In this document: positions 21,688 to 30,396 of the stretch, piece by piece
Position numbering within the stretch: the stretch's first letter is position 1
Layout of the letters: each line of letters opens with the position of its first letter
Origin: Acaryochloris marina MBIC11017
Lineage (GTDB): Bacteria; Cyanobacteriota; Cyanobacteriia; Thermosynechococcales; Thermosynechococcaceae
DNA: 32,000 nt
NCBI RefSeq assembly: GCF_000018105.1
Contig: NC_009925.1
Location: forward strand, 2,850,001 to 2,882,000
Reading direction: 5' to 3'
The notes under the pieces: model-generated
What the model was told of the DNA's origin: nothing
The model's input: only the letters and a program-made list of their open reading frames with translations
The model's database searches: none
Program-made: the position numbers and the translations under genes

Positions 21688-23457
21688 GTGGCACTACACC
21701 TTCGTAACTGGCTAGCCGATCATTTAGAGATCAGTCCTCGCCGTAAAGCAGAAATTTATCACAGCCTCCTGGATTCCGTCAGCTTAGGGGATATCAGTTA
21801 CTGGCTACAGGTACTCTTCTCGGCAGGCATTGCCACCCTCGGGCTGGTCTTAAATAGTCCAGCCGTTATTATTGGGGCAATGCTGATTTCTCCCCTTATG
21901 GGCGGCATTTTGGCCAATGGTTTAGCCTTTGCCGTCGGTGATTTGGTCTTAGGCACCCGGGCGATCGTTAATTTAGCCGTGAGCTGTCTGGCAGCCATTG
22001 TCTTTGCCATCCTCATTATTGCCCCTATCCCTTTTAAGGAACTGACACCCGAAATTGCCGCTCGGACCCAGCCCAATGCCCTCGATCTCTTTATTGCCTT
22101 ATTCTCTGGGGCGTTAGGGTCAATTGCCACGGCCAAAGAACCCAAAGGGGTAGTCACCTCTATTCCCGGAGTGGCCATCGCAGTGGCCCTGATGCCGCCC
22201 CTCTGCGTGGTCGGCTACGGTATTGGAATTCGCCTCAGCTCTGATGTCGTCGGCATTAGTGGATTTCAAATTGCCCGAGGGGGTGGATTACTGTTTTTAA
22301 CCAATTTGGCCGCCATCACCTTAATGTCCATGTTGGTGTTTTTGGCCCTCAATATCGGTATGCCCGAAGTGAAATCTCAAGCCATTGAATGGCATGCTGA
22401 GGATCCCGAAAGTCGATGGGTGCAAAATTTATTGACGCGGCTACCCGTCACCAATCAACTCCAGAAAATTGGCAGCTTACCCAGCCGCCTCGTGGTGATT
22501 TTGCTGCCTATTCTGGCATTACTCATTCCCCTCAATCAAGCTTTTTTGCGTTTACAGACAGAGTTAGCCCAAAAACAGGAAGACAATGCTCTACGCCGAT
22601 TGGCGACCACAATCTGGCAGCGAAATTTTGCCAATACGGCCACCGGAGAACCTCGGTCCTATATCAGCCAATTGAGTACCGCCGCTATCGAGGACAAACT
22701 CACCGTTCAGTTAACGGTCTTTACTAGCGAGCCTTACACCCTAGATGATCGGCAGCAGTTTAGGGAGACCCTGGCTCGCCAATTAAACCGCCCTGTCAAT
22801 TCTCTGGATATTCAGTTGATTGAGATTTTAACGGCGTCCAATGAGCTGCTGGCTCGGCTCGCCGATGACTCGGTAGCCCCCGAGCCCATTACGCCAGATA
22901 CCCCACCCATCAGTGTCTCTCAGGCTCAAGTCACTTTGCTGCAAACCGTCGATAAAGCTTTGGGCACGATGGTATTACCGACACCTGCTCTCCCCCTTCG
23001 CCACGAAGTCAGCACCAGTGCTATTAATCCCCTCACTCTCAAAATTATCTATCTGAGCGATCGTGACATCGGCAAAGATGCCCAAACTTTACTGCGAGAA
23101 GATCTACGCAATCGCCTCCAATCACCCATGACTCAAGTCATTTTGGAGCGAGTCCCGACGTTTCCTACCCCCTTAAATTTTGAATTGGATCTGTCAGCGA
23201 TTTCTCCCGCAAGTCAACAAACCTTGAAGCAAGTGGGCACCATTCTGCAACAGCAGCCCAATTTGTCCGTGGACATTGTGGCGCGAGCTGAAACCTTGGA
23301 AAACCCCGTAATGAACGAGAATCGGATCAAAGCCGTCCAAACAGTCTTGACGAAAACTTGGGGCATTAATCCCCAGCGCATTCAGAGCCGATCCGGTCCC
23401 ATCTTAAAACGGGGAGAACGTCCGACGGTTCTGCTCAAAATTAACCTGAAGCAATAG
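21688..23457 (+). CDS. DUF389-type integral membrane protein with a long soluble C-terminal extension
   Basis: 589 aa with a GTG start. The N-terminal 230 aa are polytopic (GAMLISPLMGGILANG, PGVAIAVALMPPLCVVGYG), typical of DUF389/TIGR00341. The C-terminal 100 aa are faintly OmpA-like. Confidence 0.7.
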   Translation: MALHLRNWLADHLEISPRRKAEIYHSLLDSVSLGDISYWLQVLFSAGIATLGLVLNSPAVIIGAMLISPLMGGILANGLAFAVGDLVLGTRAIVNLAVSCLAAIVFAILIIAPIPFKELTPEIAARTQPNALDLFIALFSGALGSIATAKEPKGVVTSIPGVAIAVALMPPLCVVGYGIGIRLSSDVVGISGFQIARGGGLLFLTNLAAITLMSMLVFLALNIGMPEVKSQAIEWHAEDPESRWVQNLLTRLPVTNQLQKIGSLPSRLVVILLPILALLIPLNQAFLRLQTELAQKQEDNALRRLATTIWQRNFANTATGEPRSYISQLSTAAIEDKLTVQLTVFTSEPYTLDDRQQFRETLARQLNRPVNSLDIQLIEILTASNELLARLADDSVAPEPITPDTPPISVSQAQVTLLQTVDKALGTMVLPTPALPLRHEVSTSAINPLTLKIIYLSDRDIGKDAQTLLREDLRNRLQSPMTQVILERVPTFPTPLNFELDLSAISPASQQTLKQVGTILQQQPNLSVDIVARAETLENPVMNENRIKAVQTVLTKTWGINPQRIQSRSGPILKRGERPTVLLKINLKQ

Positions 23458-23694
23458 TTTCTTCGGGTGCAGATAGAACCATCCAGGGCTTAATTACTAT
23501 TGCCATAACTCTTTGGACAAGGGAATTAAGGCGTCTTAACAACCTAAAGTATGCTCAAAAAAGACGGTATAGTTGAAAAATTGTTGATATCCCAACTTCA
23601 TCACTCTAGATTCAAGCCTATCTAAGCTTGGCTCATTTTTTCTTCAATCGATGAAATAAATAGCCTGAGTTTGGGCATGATAAGACTAGAGATA

Positions 23695-23710
23695 CGTGAT
23701 CCAGATCACA
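23695..23710. promoter_or_regulatory. CRP-like palindrome cGTGA-N6-TCACA
   Basis: CGTGATCCAGATCACA lies in the 386-nt gap upstream of 23844 and 24096. Confidence 0.3.
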
Positions 23711-23843
23711 AATGCAAGCCGCTATAGTCACTGCTCGCAGGGGTTATTGCTGACATGCTGAATGGCAACCCTGTGCAACGATCCCGCAGAGATAGTCACA
23801 GTTGGGTGTCGATCCTGAATCACACCGTAGGGGGAAATGAGTC

Positions 23844-24032
23844 ATGTCTGTTGTTCTAGCAGAACGATTTGCACATAATCCAGATTGGTCTAAAATTCAG
23901 CCGCATGATTGCGATCGCGCCCAGGAATTGGTGACTTTAATCCAGACTCAAATTCATCAGGACCGCCAAACTCTGGCAGATGACTACTACGGTTGGATTT
24001 ACGAATTAACCAAGCTTTTAAGTAGCCTGTAA
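23844..24032 (+). CDS. Small hypothetical protein (62 aa)
   Basis: An ORF with GGGGGA 8-13 nt upstream of the ATG. Nothing else supports it. Confidence 0.3.
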   Translation: MSVVLAERFAHNPDWSKIQPHDCDRAQELVTLIQTQIHQDRQTLADDYYGWIYELTKLLSSL

Positions 24033-24095
24033 CCCCTCTTTTTACTCTGCGCGTCGCATTCAGGTCATATGCGAGTAACGTTAGAGTGATATGAC

Positions 24096-25676
24096 ATGTC
24101 AGTTAAGATTTGTCAACAATCCAGATCACAAAGATCGAAAAAAGTTGGAAGATATTTAGCCTTGAGCTTGGGACTAGTGCTGCTATGGCCGCTTCAACGA
24201 GCTCAGGCCGATAGTCCCTTAACCTCCACCGATCTGGCCACAGCCTATCAAGAGATGCCGGAAGTCCAGTTAGCCCAACGCACCAAAGCTGCCAAGGGCC
24301 AGGTCTTAAAGTTCCTGCTGAGCGATGCCCCCACGGACCAAAAAGCAGCGGTGATTAATGCTCTGGGCTGGAATTTTAAGGGCCAACGAAATGGCTATCG
24401 TTTCCTAGCCGGTTTAGCTCAAGCCCAAGGACTGGCCCTGCAAGAGATCCAGCTTCACCATTTGCGGCCTACCGATCGCTTTGCCCTAGGCTATCTGCTG
24501 GCCATGGATGATTATTTTGAACTGTCTTCCTTATCTAAAACGGCGACTGAAGACCTGTGGAAAGCCAGTCCCCTACAGCTGATCAGTCAAGCGGCTTATG
24601 CCTTACCCGATGATTTTACGGTGCAGTTTGTTCGCGCGATTGTCCAGGGACAGAACGACTTTTCTCGCTCTTGGTGCTCAATCTATCTAGAGCCACAGCA
24701 AGTGTTAAACCAATTTCCTGTGGCGAAACGGAATTTGCGATCGCAAGCCGTTACCCAGGCCATGCAGTATCTCAATCGCTATGAGTCCCACTGCCAGCAA
24801 CCTGCTTTCTTGACGAACCAACCGTCCGTTAACCCTGAACTCAACCAAATCTACAAAATTGTCGAATTTCAGAATCAGATAGTCACAGCCACTCAGGGCG
24901 GGATTGTCTTTTGGGATCCACAATCCCAGACGGCAACCGCAACCCGAGCGGAGAAGCTCTGTACATCCCTGATGGTCTGGTCCAATGCGCTATGGGTGGG
25001 CTGTCAACATCGCCTCTTGCGCTTCGACAGCAACAACTGGAAGCTCTATCGCTATAGCCCTCAATCCACGGAAAGCGGTTTTCAGCTCGTCCCAGGTCCT
25101 CAAGGAACCTTACTCGTCCGCCACGGGGGACAACTCTGGCAGTTTGATCCGAAGAAAGATCGGTTAGTCGCTGCCGATCCACAGTTGGGTCCCGGACACA
25201 GCTATGACCTGCTCTATCGACGCAATGGCGAGCAATGGCGGATCGATTTTCTCCAAGCCCTCTGGCGCAATCAGCAACGCATCTCGCTCCAGTCTGATGC
25301 CTATCCTGGTAGCGATCCGCGATCGTTTTATGAAGATGCCAACGGTCAACTGTGGGTGGTGGACTTTAACCAGGGCTTTTTTCGCTTCAATGACCAGACC
25401 CAAACCTTTCAAGCCATGACCCGTGTTGCCGGTAAGGGATCTGCGATCGCAACCGATCAACAGCACACCTACTTCCTGCACTACACCTCAGGATTGTATG
25501 TTCAGACGCAAGGTCAAGCCGACCCCACGTTCATTGACCTCTCAACATTACGCTATATGCGAGACCTCTTCGTCGATCAGAAGGGTGATATTTGGATCGG
25601 GGGCTGGAATCAATTGGTGCGATTACGTCGCCAAGGAAATCAGTGGAGCCGAGACCGTTATCGCCTGTTTAACTAA
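24096..25676 (+). CDS. Secreted protein with C-terminal beta-propeller-like (Reg_prop-like) repeats
   Basis: 526 aa. The signal peptide is RYLALSLGLVLLWPLQRAQA|DS. Recurrent motifs are ALWVGCQHRLLRF, GQLWVVDFNQGFFRF and GDIWIGGWNQLVRL. Confidence 0.6.
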   Translation: MSVKICQQSRSQRSKKVGRYLALSLGLVLLWPLQRAQADSPLTSTDLATAYQEMPEVQLAQRTKAAKGQVLKFLLSDAPTDQKAAVINALGWNFKGQRNGYRFLAGLAQAQGLALQEIQLHHLRPTDRFALGYLLAMDDYFELSSLSKTATEDLWKASPLQLISQAAYALPDDFTVQFVRAIVQGQNDFSRSWCSIYLEPQQVLNQFPVAKRNLRSQAVTQAMQYLNRYESHCQQPAFLTNQPSVNPELNQIYKIVEFQNQIVTATQGGIVFWDPQSQTATATRAEKLCTSLMVWSNALWVGCQHRLLRFDSNNWKLYRYSPQSTESGFQLVPGPQGTLLVRHGGQLWQFDPKKDRLVAADPQLGPGHSYDLLYRRNGEQWRIDFLQALWRNQQRISLQSDAYPGSDPRSFYEDANGQLWVVDFNQGFFRFNDQTQTFQAMTRVAGKGSAIATDQQHTYFLHYTSGLYVQTQGQADPTFIDLSTLRYMRDLFVDQKGDIWIGGWNQLVRLRRQGNQWSRDRYRLFN

Positions 25677-25842
25677 GAATTAATCTCTTCTTAAGTCGGA
25701 TAATTCTTATTTGTTAAGCCCCTCACTTTCCGGATGTCACTTTTTTGTATCCTAAAATACAATTATTCATATCTAGACTTGATATTTCTTGTATAGAGAC
25801 CCCATTAATCAATTAGTCATAATTCTTCAACAAAATACTTGT

Positions 25843-25972
25843 TTCTAGGGTTCCGATTTGAGCGCAATTTCGTCTTAAATGACTGGTCCAAGAGAAACAG
25901 CTAGCTTTTTACATATCTATTACCCACAGACATGTAGCTAGTGACACGGAGGGACAAAAGCCCGGGAGAATC
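25843..25972 (+). ncRNA. Guanidine-I (ykkC) riboswitch aptamer
   Basis: It contains CTAGGGTTCCG (25845-25855), GGTCCAAGAG (25885-25894) and ACACGGAGGGACAAAAGCCCGGGAGA (25944-25969). These are the conserved ykkC cores in the correct order. Confidence 0.85.
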
Positions 25973-26022
25973 AACGTTTACCGTACATTCGGTAATGATT
26001 GGCTCCGCGGGTTTTGTATTTT
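25961..26022 (+). terminator. Riboswitch expression platform: intrinsic terminator sharing its 5' arm with the aptamer 3' end
   Basis: CCCGGGAG (25961-25968) pairs with CTCCGCGGG (26003-26011) over 8 bp with one bulge. TTTTGTATTTT follows at 26012-26022. Confidence 0.65.
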
Positions 26023-26118
26023 AAATTGACACGTCTCATCTTCCTCTAAAATGGCTGAGAAACAACATGAAGAAAGAAATTAACGTGACAAAGTAAAAAC
26101 CCTAAATTTTCCGATATT

Positions 26119-27315
26119 ATGGCTGAAAACTCGACCTTTGGTCCTCCCAATTCTGATCCTAATTTTTCGTCCACTGAGGCCAATCGTGCTTTAGAGAAAG
26201 AAGCACAATTGCCCCTCACGGGCTGGCAACAAGAAGTTGACCGGGGATTAGAACTGGGGTTAGAAGCGGCGGCTAGTATTCGCGATCGGAGCATCCCCAC
26301 CTTCTCGCGAGGCGAGCTGCCCCACTATGCGGGCATCAATACCTTCCTCAAAGCGCCTTACCTAGAAGATGTGCGTAAAGTCGATGAATACGATATTGCT
26401 GTAGTAGGCGTTCCCCATGACTCCGGCACCACTTATCGTCCCGGTACGCGCTTCGGCCCCCAGGGTATTCGTCGGATTTCAGCCCTGTATACTCCTTATA
26501 ATTTCGAGCTGGGTATCGATTTACGAGAGCAGATCACCCTCTGCGATGTTGGGGATATCTTCACCATCCCCGCCAATAATGAGAAATCTTTTGACCAAAT
26601 TTCCAAAGGAGTCGCCCATATCTTCAGTTCTGGCGCTTTCCCTATCATCTTAGGGGGCGATCATTCCATTGGTTTCCCCACTGTTCGAGGGGTTTGCCGC
26701 CATTTAGGGGACAAGAAAGTCGGTATCATCCACTTCGATCGCCATGTGGATACCCAAGAAACGGATTTAGACGAGCGCATGCATACCTGCCCTTGGTTTC
26801 ATGCCACTAACATGGCCAATGCTCCGGCTAAAAACTTAGTGCAATTAGGCATTGGCGGTTGGCAAGTGCCTCGACAAGGGGTCAAGGTCTGTCGAGAGCG
26901 AGCCACGAATATTCTCACCGTCACCGATATCACTGAAATTGGACTTGATGCTGCCGTTGACTTCGCCTTAGAACGAGCCTTAGACGGCACAGACTGCGTC
27001 TATATCAGCTTTGATATTGACTGTATTGATGCTGGATTTGTCCCCGGTACCGGCTGGCCAGAACCCGGCGGTCTGATGCCCCGAGAAGCTCTCTATATGT
27101 TGGGCAAAATTATTCAAAAAGCCCCCGTCTGCGGCTTGGAAATCGTTGAAGTGTCACCCCCTTATGACATCAGCGATATGACCTCGCTCATGGCCACTCG
27201 GGTCATTTGCGATACCATGGCCCATCTTGTGCTGTCGGGGCAACTTCCCCGGCAAAAAGCACCAGACTATATTCATCCTGAAGCCAATATGGCAGTAGGT
27301 TCTGAGTGGGTTTAG
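26119..27315 (+). CDS. gdmH: Arginase/ureohydrolase-family enzyme; best interpreted as Ni-dependent guanidine hydrolase (usually annotated agmatinase SpeB2)
   Basis: 398 aa. Ureohydrolase metal motifs are ILGGDHSIGFP, IIHFDRHVDT and ISFDIDCIDAGFVPGTGWPEPGG. It has an N-terminal extension of about 60 aa relative to SpeB. It lies behind a guanidine riboswitch and in front of hypA/hypB-like genes. Confidence 0.8.
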   Translation: MAENSTFGPPNSDPNFSSTEANRALEKEAQLPLTGWQQEVDRGLELGLEAAASIRDRSIPTFSRGELPHYAGINTFLKAPYLEDVRKVDEYDIAVVGVPHDSGTTYRPGTRFGPQGIRRISALYTPYNFELGIDLREQITLCDVGDIFTIPANNEKSFDQISKGVAHIFSSGAFPIILGGDHSIGFPTVRGVCRHLGDKKVGIIHFDRHVDTQETDLDERMHTCPWFHATNMANAPAKNLVQLGIGGWQVPRQGVKVCRERATNILTVTDITEIGLDAAVDFALERALDGTDCVYISFDIDCIDAGFVPGTGWPEPGGLMPREALYMLGKIIQKAPVCGLEIVEVSPPYDISDMTSLMATRVICDTMAHLVLSGQLPRQKAPDYIHPEANMAVGSEWV

Positions 27316-27318
27316 GCC

Positions 27319-27699
27319 ATGCATGAAACGGATATGACCAAGGCCCTAATTATGACGGTCAAGGACTGGTACGATTCCCAGCCTGAAGATCCACAAATCA
27401 CCAAAATTCATTTGGTGGTGGGTCGGTTTACCTGTGTGGAACCTGTCAGTTTGCAGTTCGCTTATGAAGTCCAGACTCGGGACACCTTCTTAGCGGGGAC
27501 AGAGTTGGTGATTCGGGAGACCCCTTTAATCGCTTTTTGCCACCCCTGTCAGCAGGAATATTCTCCTGAAATGGGCTTGCAATATGCCTGTCCCACGTGT
27601 GGAGCCCCCATGGAAGATATCCGGTCCGGCCGCGAACTCAAAATTGACCACATCGAATATTGTTCTGATTCAGCCCAAACCTATGCACCAAACTGTTGA
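27319..27699 (+). CDS. ghaA: HypA-like Ni metallochaperone (guanidine hydrolase accessory protein A)
   Basis: 126 aa. It has the N-terminal MHE Ni motif and the zinc motif CHPCQ...CPTCG. It starts 3 nt after the preceding stop. Confidence 0.8.
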   Translation: MHETDMTKALIMTVKDWYDSQPEDPQITKIHLVVGRFTCVEPVSLQFAYEVQTRDTFLAGTELVIRETPLIAFCHPCQQEYSPEMGLQYACPTCGAPMEDIRSGRELKIDHIEYCSDSAQTYAPNC

Positions 27700-28381
27700 C
27701 GCCGCCCTCGGCATTAACCTCTTACATGCCAATCAAGAAGGGGCCGATCACAACCAGGCTCACTTTAACGAATGGGGAGTGACCTGCTTTAACGTCATGA
27801 GCAGTCCAGGTGCAGGGAAAACGGTTCTGTTAGAGAAAACTCTGGCAGCTCTCAGCCCAGACCTCAATCTGGCCGTCATTGAAGGGGACATGACTACAGA
27901 ACTGGATGCTGATCGCTTGCGAGCTTACGATGTCCCTGTGGTGGCAATTAACACGGGGCGGTCCTGCCATCTAGACGCCAAGATGGTGGCGGGCGGTATC
28001 CACCAATTGGAGCATTGCACCAATCCTAGAGAGTTGGATTTAGTGCTAGTAGAGAATGTCGGAAATCTTGTATGTCCGGCAGAATTCGAAGTAGGGGAGC
28101 ATGCCAAAGTTGCCCTACTCAGCGTGACAGAGGGGGAAGATAAGCCGCTGAAATATCCAGTGATGTTTCAAGCAGCCGATTGTCTGTTGGTGACCAAGAT
28201 AGATTTAGTTCCTTATCTAAATATTGATATTGAGCAGATTGTCCAAAATGTCCGTCAGCTCAATCCCCATGCCACGATTTTGCCAGTGTCTGCCCAAACA
28301 GGGACAGGACTTTCTGAATGGTTTGAGTGGGTTCGTCAGCAGGTTGTCCACCTCAAACGGACTGCAGTCGGTAGTCACTAG
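27683..28381 (+). CDS. ghaB: HypB-like Ni-binding GTPase (guanidine hydrolase accessory protein B)
   Basis: The ORF is 27584..28381. The likely start is ATG 27683 ([17 protein letters not shown]), overlapping the hypA-like stop by 17 nt. G1 is SSPGAGKT, followed by [12 protein letters not shown] and VTKIDL. Confidence 0.85.
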   Translation: MHQTVDAALGINLLHANQEGADHNQAHFNEWGVTCFNVMSSPGAGKTVLLEKTLAALSPDLNLAVIEGDMTTELDADRLRAYDVPVVAINTGRSCHLDAKMVAGGIHQLEHCTNPRELDLVLVENVGNLVCPAEFEVGEHAKVALLSVTEGEDKPLKYPVMFQAADCLLVTKIDLVPYLNIDIEQIVQNVRQLNPHATILPVSAQTGTGLSEWFEWVRQQVVHLKRTAVGSH

Positions 28382-28408
28382 TTGTTTGTAAGCAGGTAAA
28401 AGATTTCT

Positions 28409-29434
28409 ATGAAGCGACGAAATTTTCTATCCCTATGTTTAGTATTTTTTTGCAGTTTACTGCTGACGATCAGTTGTAGCCCATCGCCTGAGACGACCAC
28501 GGATTCATCTTCAGGCAAGCCTGTGGTGATTGGCTATAGTAGCTGGGCAGGATGGTGGCCCTGGGCCATTGCCGAGCAAGAAGGTTTATTCAAAAAGCAT
28601 GGGGCAAATGTCGAGCTGAAATGGTTTGACGGCTATTTAGAATCGATGAAAGCATTTTCTGCAGGCCAATTGGATGGCAACTGTCAAACCTTAAACGACA
28701 CCATTTCCTTTGCAGCCGATGCAGTCAATGGAGAAGTGGCGGTTTTGGTCAATGACAATTCTGCTGGCAACGATAAAATTATCGTGACGGCTGAGATCAA
28801 CAAAGTTGAAGACCTCAAAGGGAAAACGGTAGCCGTTGAAGCCGGGGTTGTAGACGACTTTCTCCTGACTTTAGCCTTAGAAGAAGAGGGTATGAAACGC
28901 TCTGATGTCAAAATTAAGGACTTACCGACAGATGCAGCCGCCGCCGCTTTTGCTGCCGGACAAGCGGATGCGGTGGGCGCGTTCCCTCCTTTTTGGTTAA
29001 CAGCTTTAAAGCGTGAAGGTAGCAAAGAGCTAATTTCCTCTAAAGAGTTTCCCGGTGCCATTCCTGATCTGCTGGTGGTGAGTCAAAAGCTGATTGATGA
29101 GCGTCCTGACCAGGTCCAAGCATTAATCGATACTTGGTTTGATATCCGAGACTTTATGGCCAAGAACCCTGAACGTTCGGATGAGATTATGGCGCAACGA
29201 GCAGGTGTGAGTGTTGAAGAATTCCAGCAATTTAAGGAAGGAACACGATTCTTCACCATTGAAGACAACTTGGAAGCCTTTTCCGCTGGCGGCGACGATA
29301 TGAAATATATGCCCTTTGCAGCTCAGCGGATGAGTAAATTTATGGTGGATGTGGGCTTTATTCCTAAAGGACCGGATCTCACTAAGATTTTCAATGACAC
29401 CTTTGTAAAAGCCTATGCGGAGAAAACAGCCTAA
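28409..29434 (+). CDS. ABC transporter substrate-binding lipoprotein (NitT/TauT, NMT1-like family)
   Basis: 341 aa. The signal plus lipobox is FFCSLLLTISC|S. It shows the SsuA/NrtA-like fold pattern (VIGYSSWAGWWPW, GKTVAVEAG). Confidence 0.8.
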   Translation: MKRRNFLSLCLVFFCSLLLTISCSPSPETTTDSSSGKPVVIGYSSWAGWWPWAIAEQEGLFKKHGANVELKWFDGYLESMKAFSAGQLDGNCQTLNDTISFAADAVNGEVAVLVNDNSAGNDKIIVTAEINKVEDLKGKTVAVEAGVVDDFLLTLALEEEGMKRSDVKIKDLPTDAAAAAFAAGQADAVGAFPPFWLTALKREGSKELISSKEFPGAIPDLLVVSQKLIDERPDQVQALIDTWFDIRDFMAKNPERSDEIMAQRAGVSVEEFQQFKEGTRFFTIEDNLEAFSAGGDDMKYMPFAAQRMSKFMVDVGFIPKGPDLTKIFNDTFVKAYAEKTA

Positions 29435-29457
29435 CATCTAGGATTGCCCCAAACAGC

Positions 29458-29495
29458 ACTTCCCCCCTTTTTGCCCCATAGGGAAGGGGGGAAGT
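29458..29495 (+). other. Perfect 12-bp GC-rich intercistronic hairpin between the SBP and permease genes
   Basis: ACTTCCCCCCTT (29458-29469) pairs with AAGGGGGGAAGT (29484-29495) around a 14-nt loop. No U-tract follows. Confidence 0.7.
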
Positions 29496-29521
29496 CTAAG
29501 AACGCTCACCCCATAAGAGTT

Positions 29522-30394
29522 ATGAGTGCTAATTCTGTTCCACCACAACATGAGAAAACAGCGAAGACTCAAGGACTTCAACCCACAGTCTTTTGGCGCA
29601 TCGCTGAGGATATCCCCCCTGGCCTCAGCTGGCTGTTGATGGTGCTTTCTGTTGCAGTACCCCTGACCTTTTGGTGGTTGTTGGCCACCTATGGTGACGT
29701 CAATCCTGCTTTCCTACCCTCTCCAGGTAAAGTCGGGACAGCATTTGTTGATCTGTGGCATCAGTACGATACCCTCAATCAAAAGGATACCTACCCACTC
29801 TTTCAAGCCACCCTGATGAGCTGTTTTCGGGTGGGTAGCGGCTTTTTGCTGGCCTCTATACTGGCTGTGCCAATGGGGATTGGCATGGGGGCCTTCGCCA
29901 GCTTGCGATCGCTGGGTGAACCGATCATTGGCATCGTTCGATATATGCCCGCACCAGCGTTTATTCCCCTCCTACTGATCTACTTAGGGTTAGAGGAAGA
30001 GCCGAAAATTGCCCTGATTTTTATCGGTACGATTTTCTTCAATGTGCTGATGATTATGGATGCCGTTAAGTTTGTCCCGAAAGAACTGATTGAAACGACC
30101 TATACCCTGGGCGGGAATCGGACTCAAGTCTTGCTTCAGGTAATTACTCCCTATGTTATTCCTCGCATTATTGACGCCTTCCGCGTCAATATGGCGGCGT
30201 CTTGGAATCTAGTGGTGGTCGCAGAGTTGGTCGCAGCCGACGAAGGTCTGGGTAAACGAATTCTGCTAGCCCAACGCTTTAACAGTGTGGATAAGATTTT
30301 TGTCTGCTTAATTGTGCTAGGGTTGCTGGGATTTAGTTTGGATCTCTTTTTTCGCTGGCTACAACATGTCACATGTCGATGGGCCATTGAATAG
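29522..30394 (+). CDS. ABC transporter permease (NitT/TauT family)
   Basis: The ORF starts at 29444, but its first 26 codons cross the hairpin, so I prefer ATG 29522 (MSANSVPP). It has six hydrophobic helices and the EAA-type loop ETTYTLGGNRTQVLLQVITPYVIP. Confidence 0.85.
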   Translation: MSANSVPPQHEKTAKTQGLQPTVFWRIAEDIPPGLSWLLMVLSVAVPLTFWWLLATYGDVNPAFLPSPGKVGTAFVDLWHQYDTLNQKDTYPLFQATLMSCFRVGSGFLLASILAVPMGIGMGAFASLRSLGEPIIGIVRYMPAPAFIPLLLIYLGLEEEPKIALIFIGTIFFNVLMIMDAVKFVPKELIETTYTLGGNRTQVLLQVITPYVIPRIIDAFRVNMAASWNLVVVAELVAADEGLGKRILLAQRFNSVDKIFVCLIVLGLLGFSLDLFFRWLQHVTCRWAIE

Positions 30395-30396
30395 CA

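Noticed and set aside
23697-24132. A 14-nt exact repeat atccagatcacaaa (about 23699-23712 and 24119-24132)
   Set aside because: A few exact 14-mers repeated by chance are expected in 32 kb. The second copy is inside coding sequence, with no flanking similarity.
26014-26029. A possible NtcA site (TGTA-N8-TGAC) near the operon leader
   Set aside because: The second half-site does not match TACA, and the sequence is fully explained as the U-tract of the riboswitch terminator.
27319-28381. hypA/hypB as hydrogenase maturation genes
   Set aside because: No hydrogenase (hox/hup) or other hyp genes are in the window. The pair is wedged between an arginase-family enzyme and an ABC importer behind a guanidine riboswitch, which fits the guanidine-hydrolase accessory role better.
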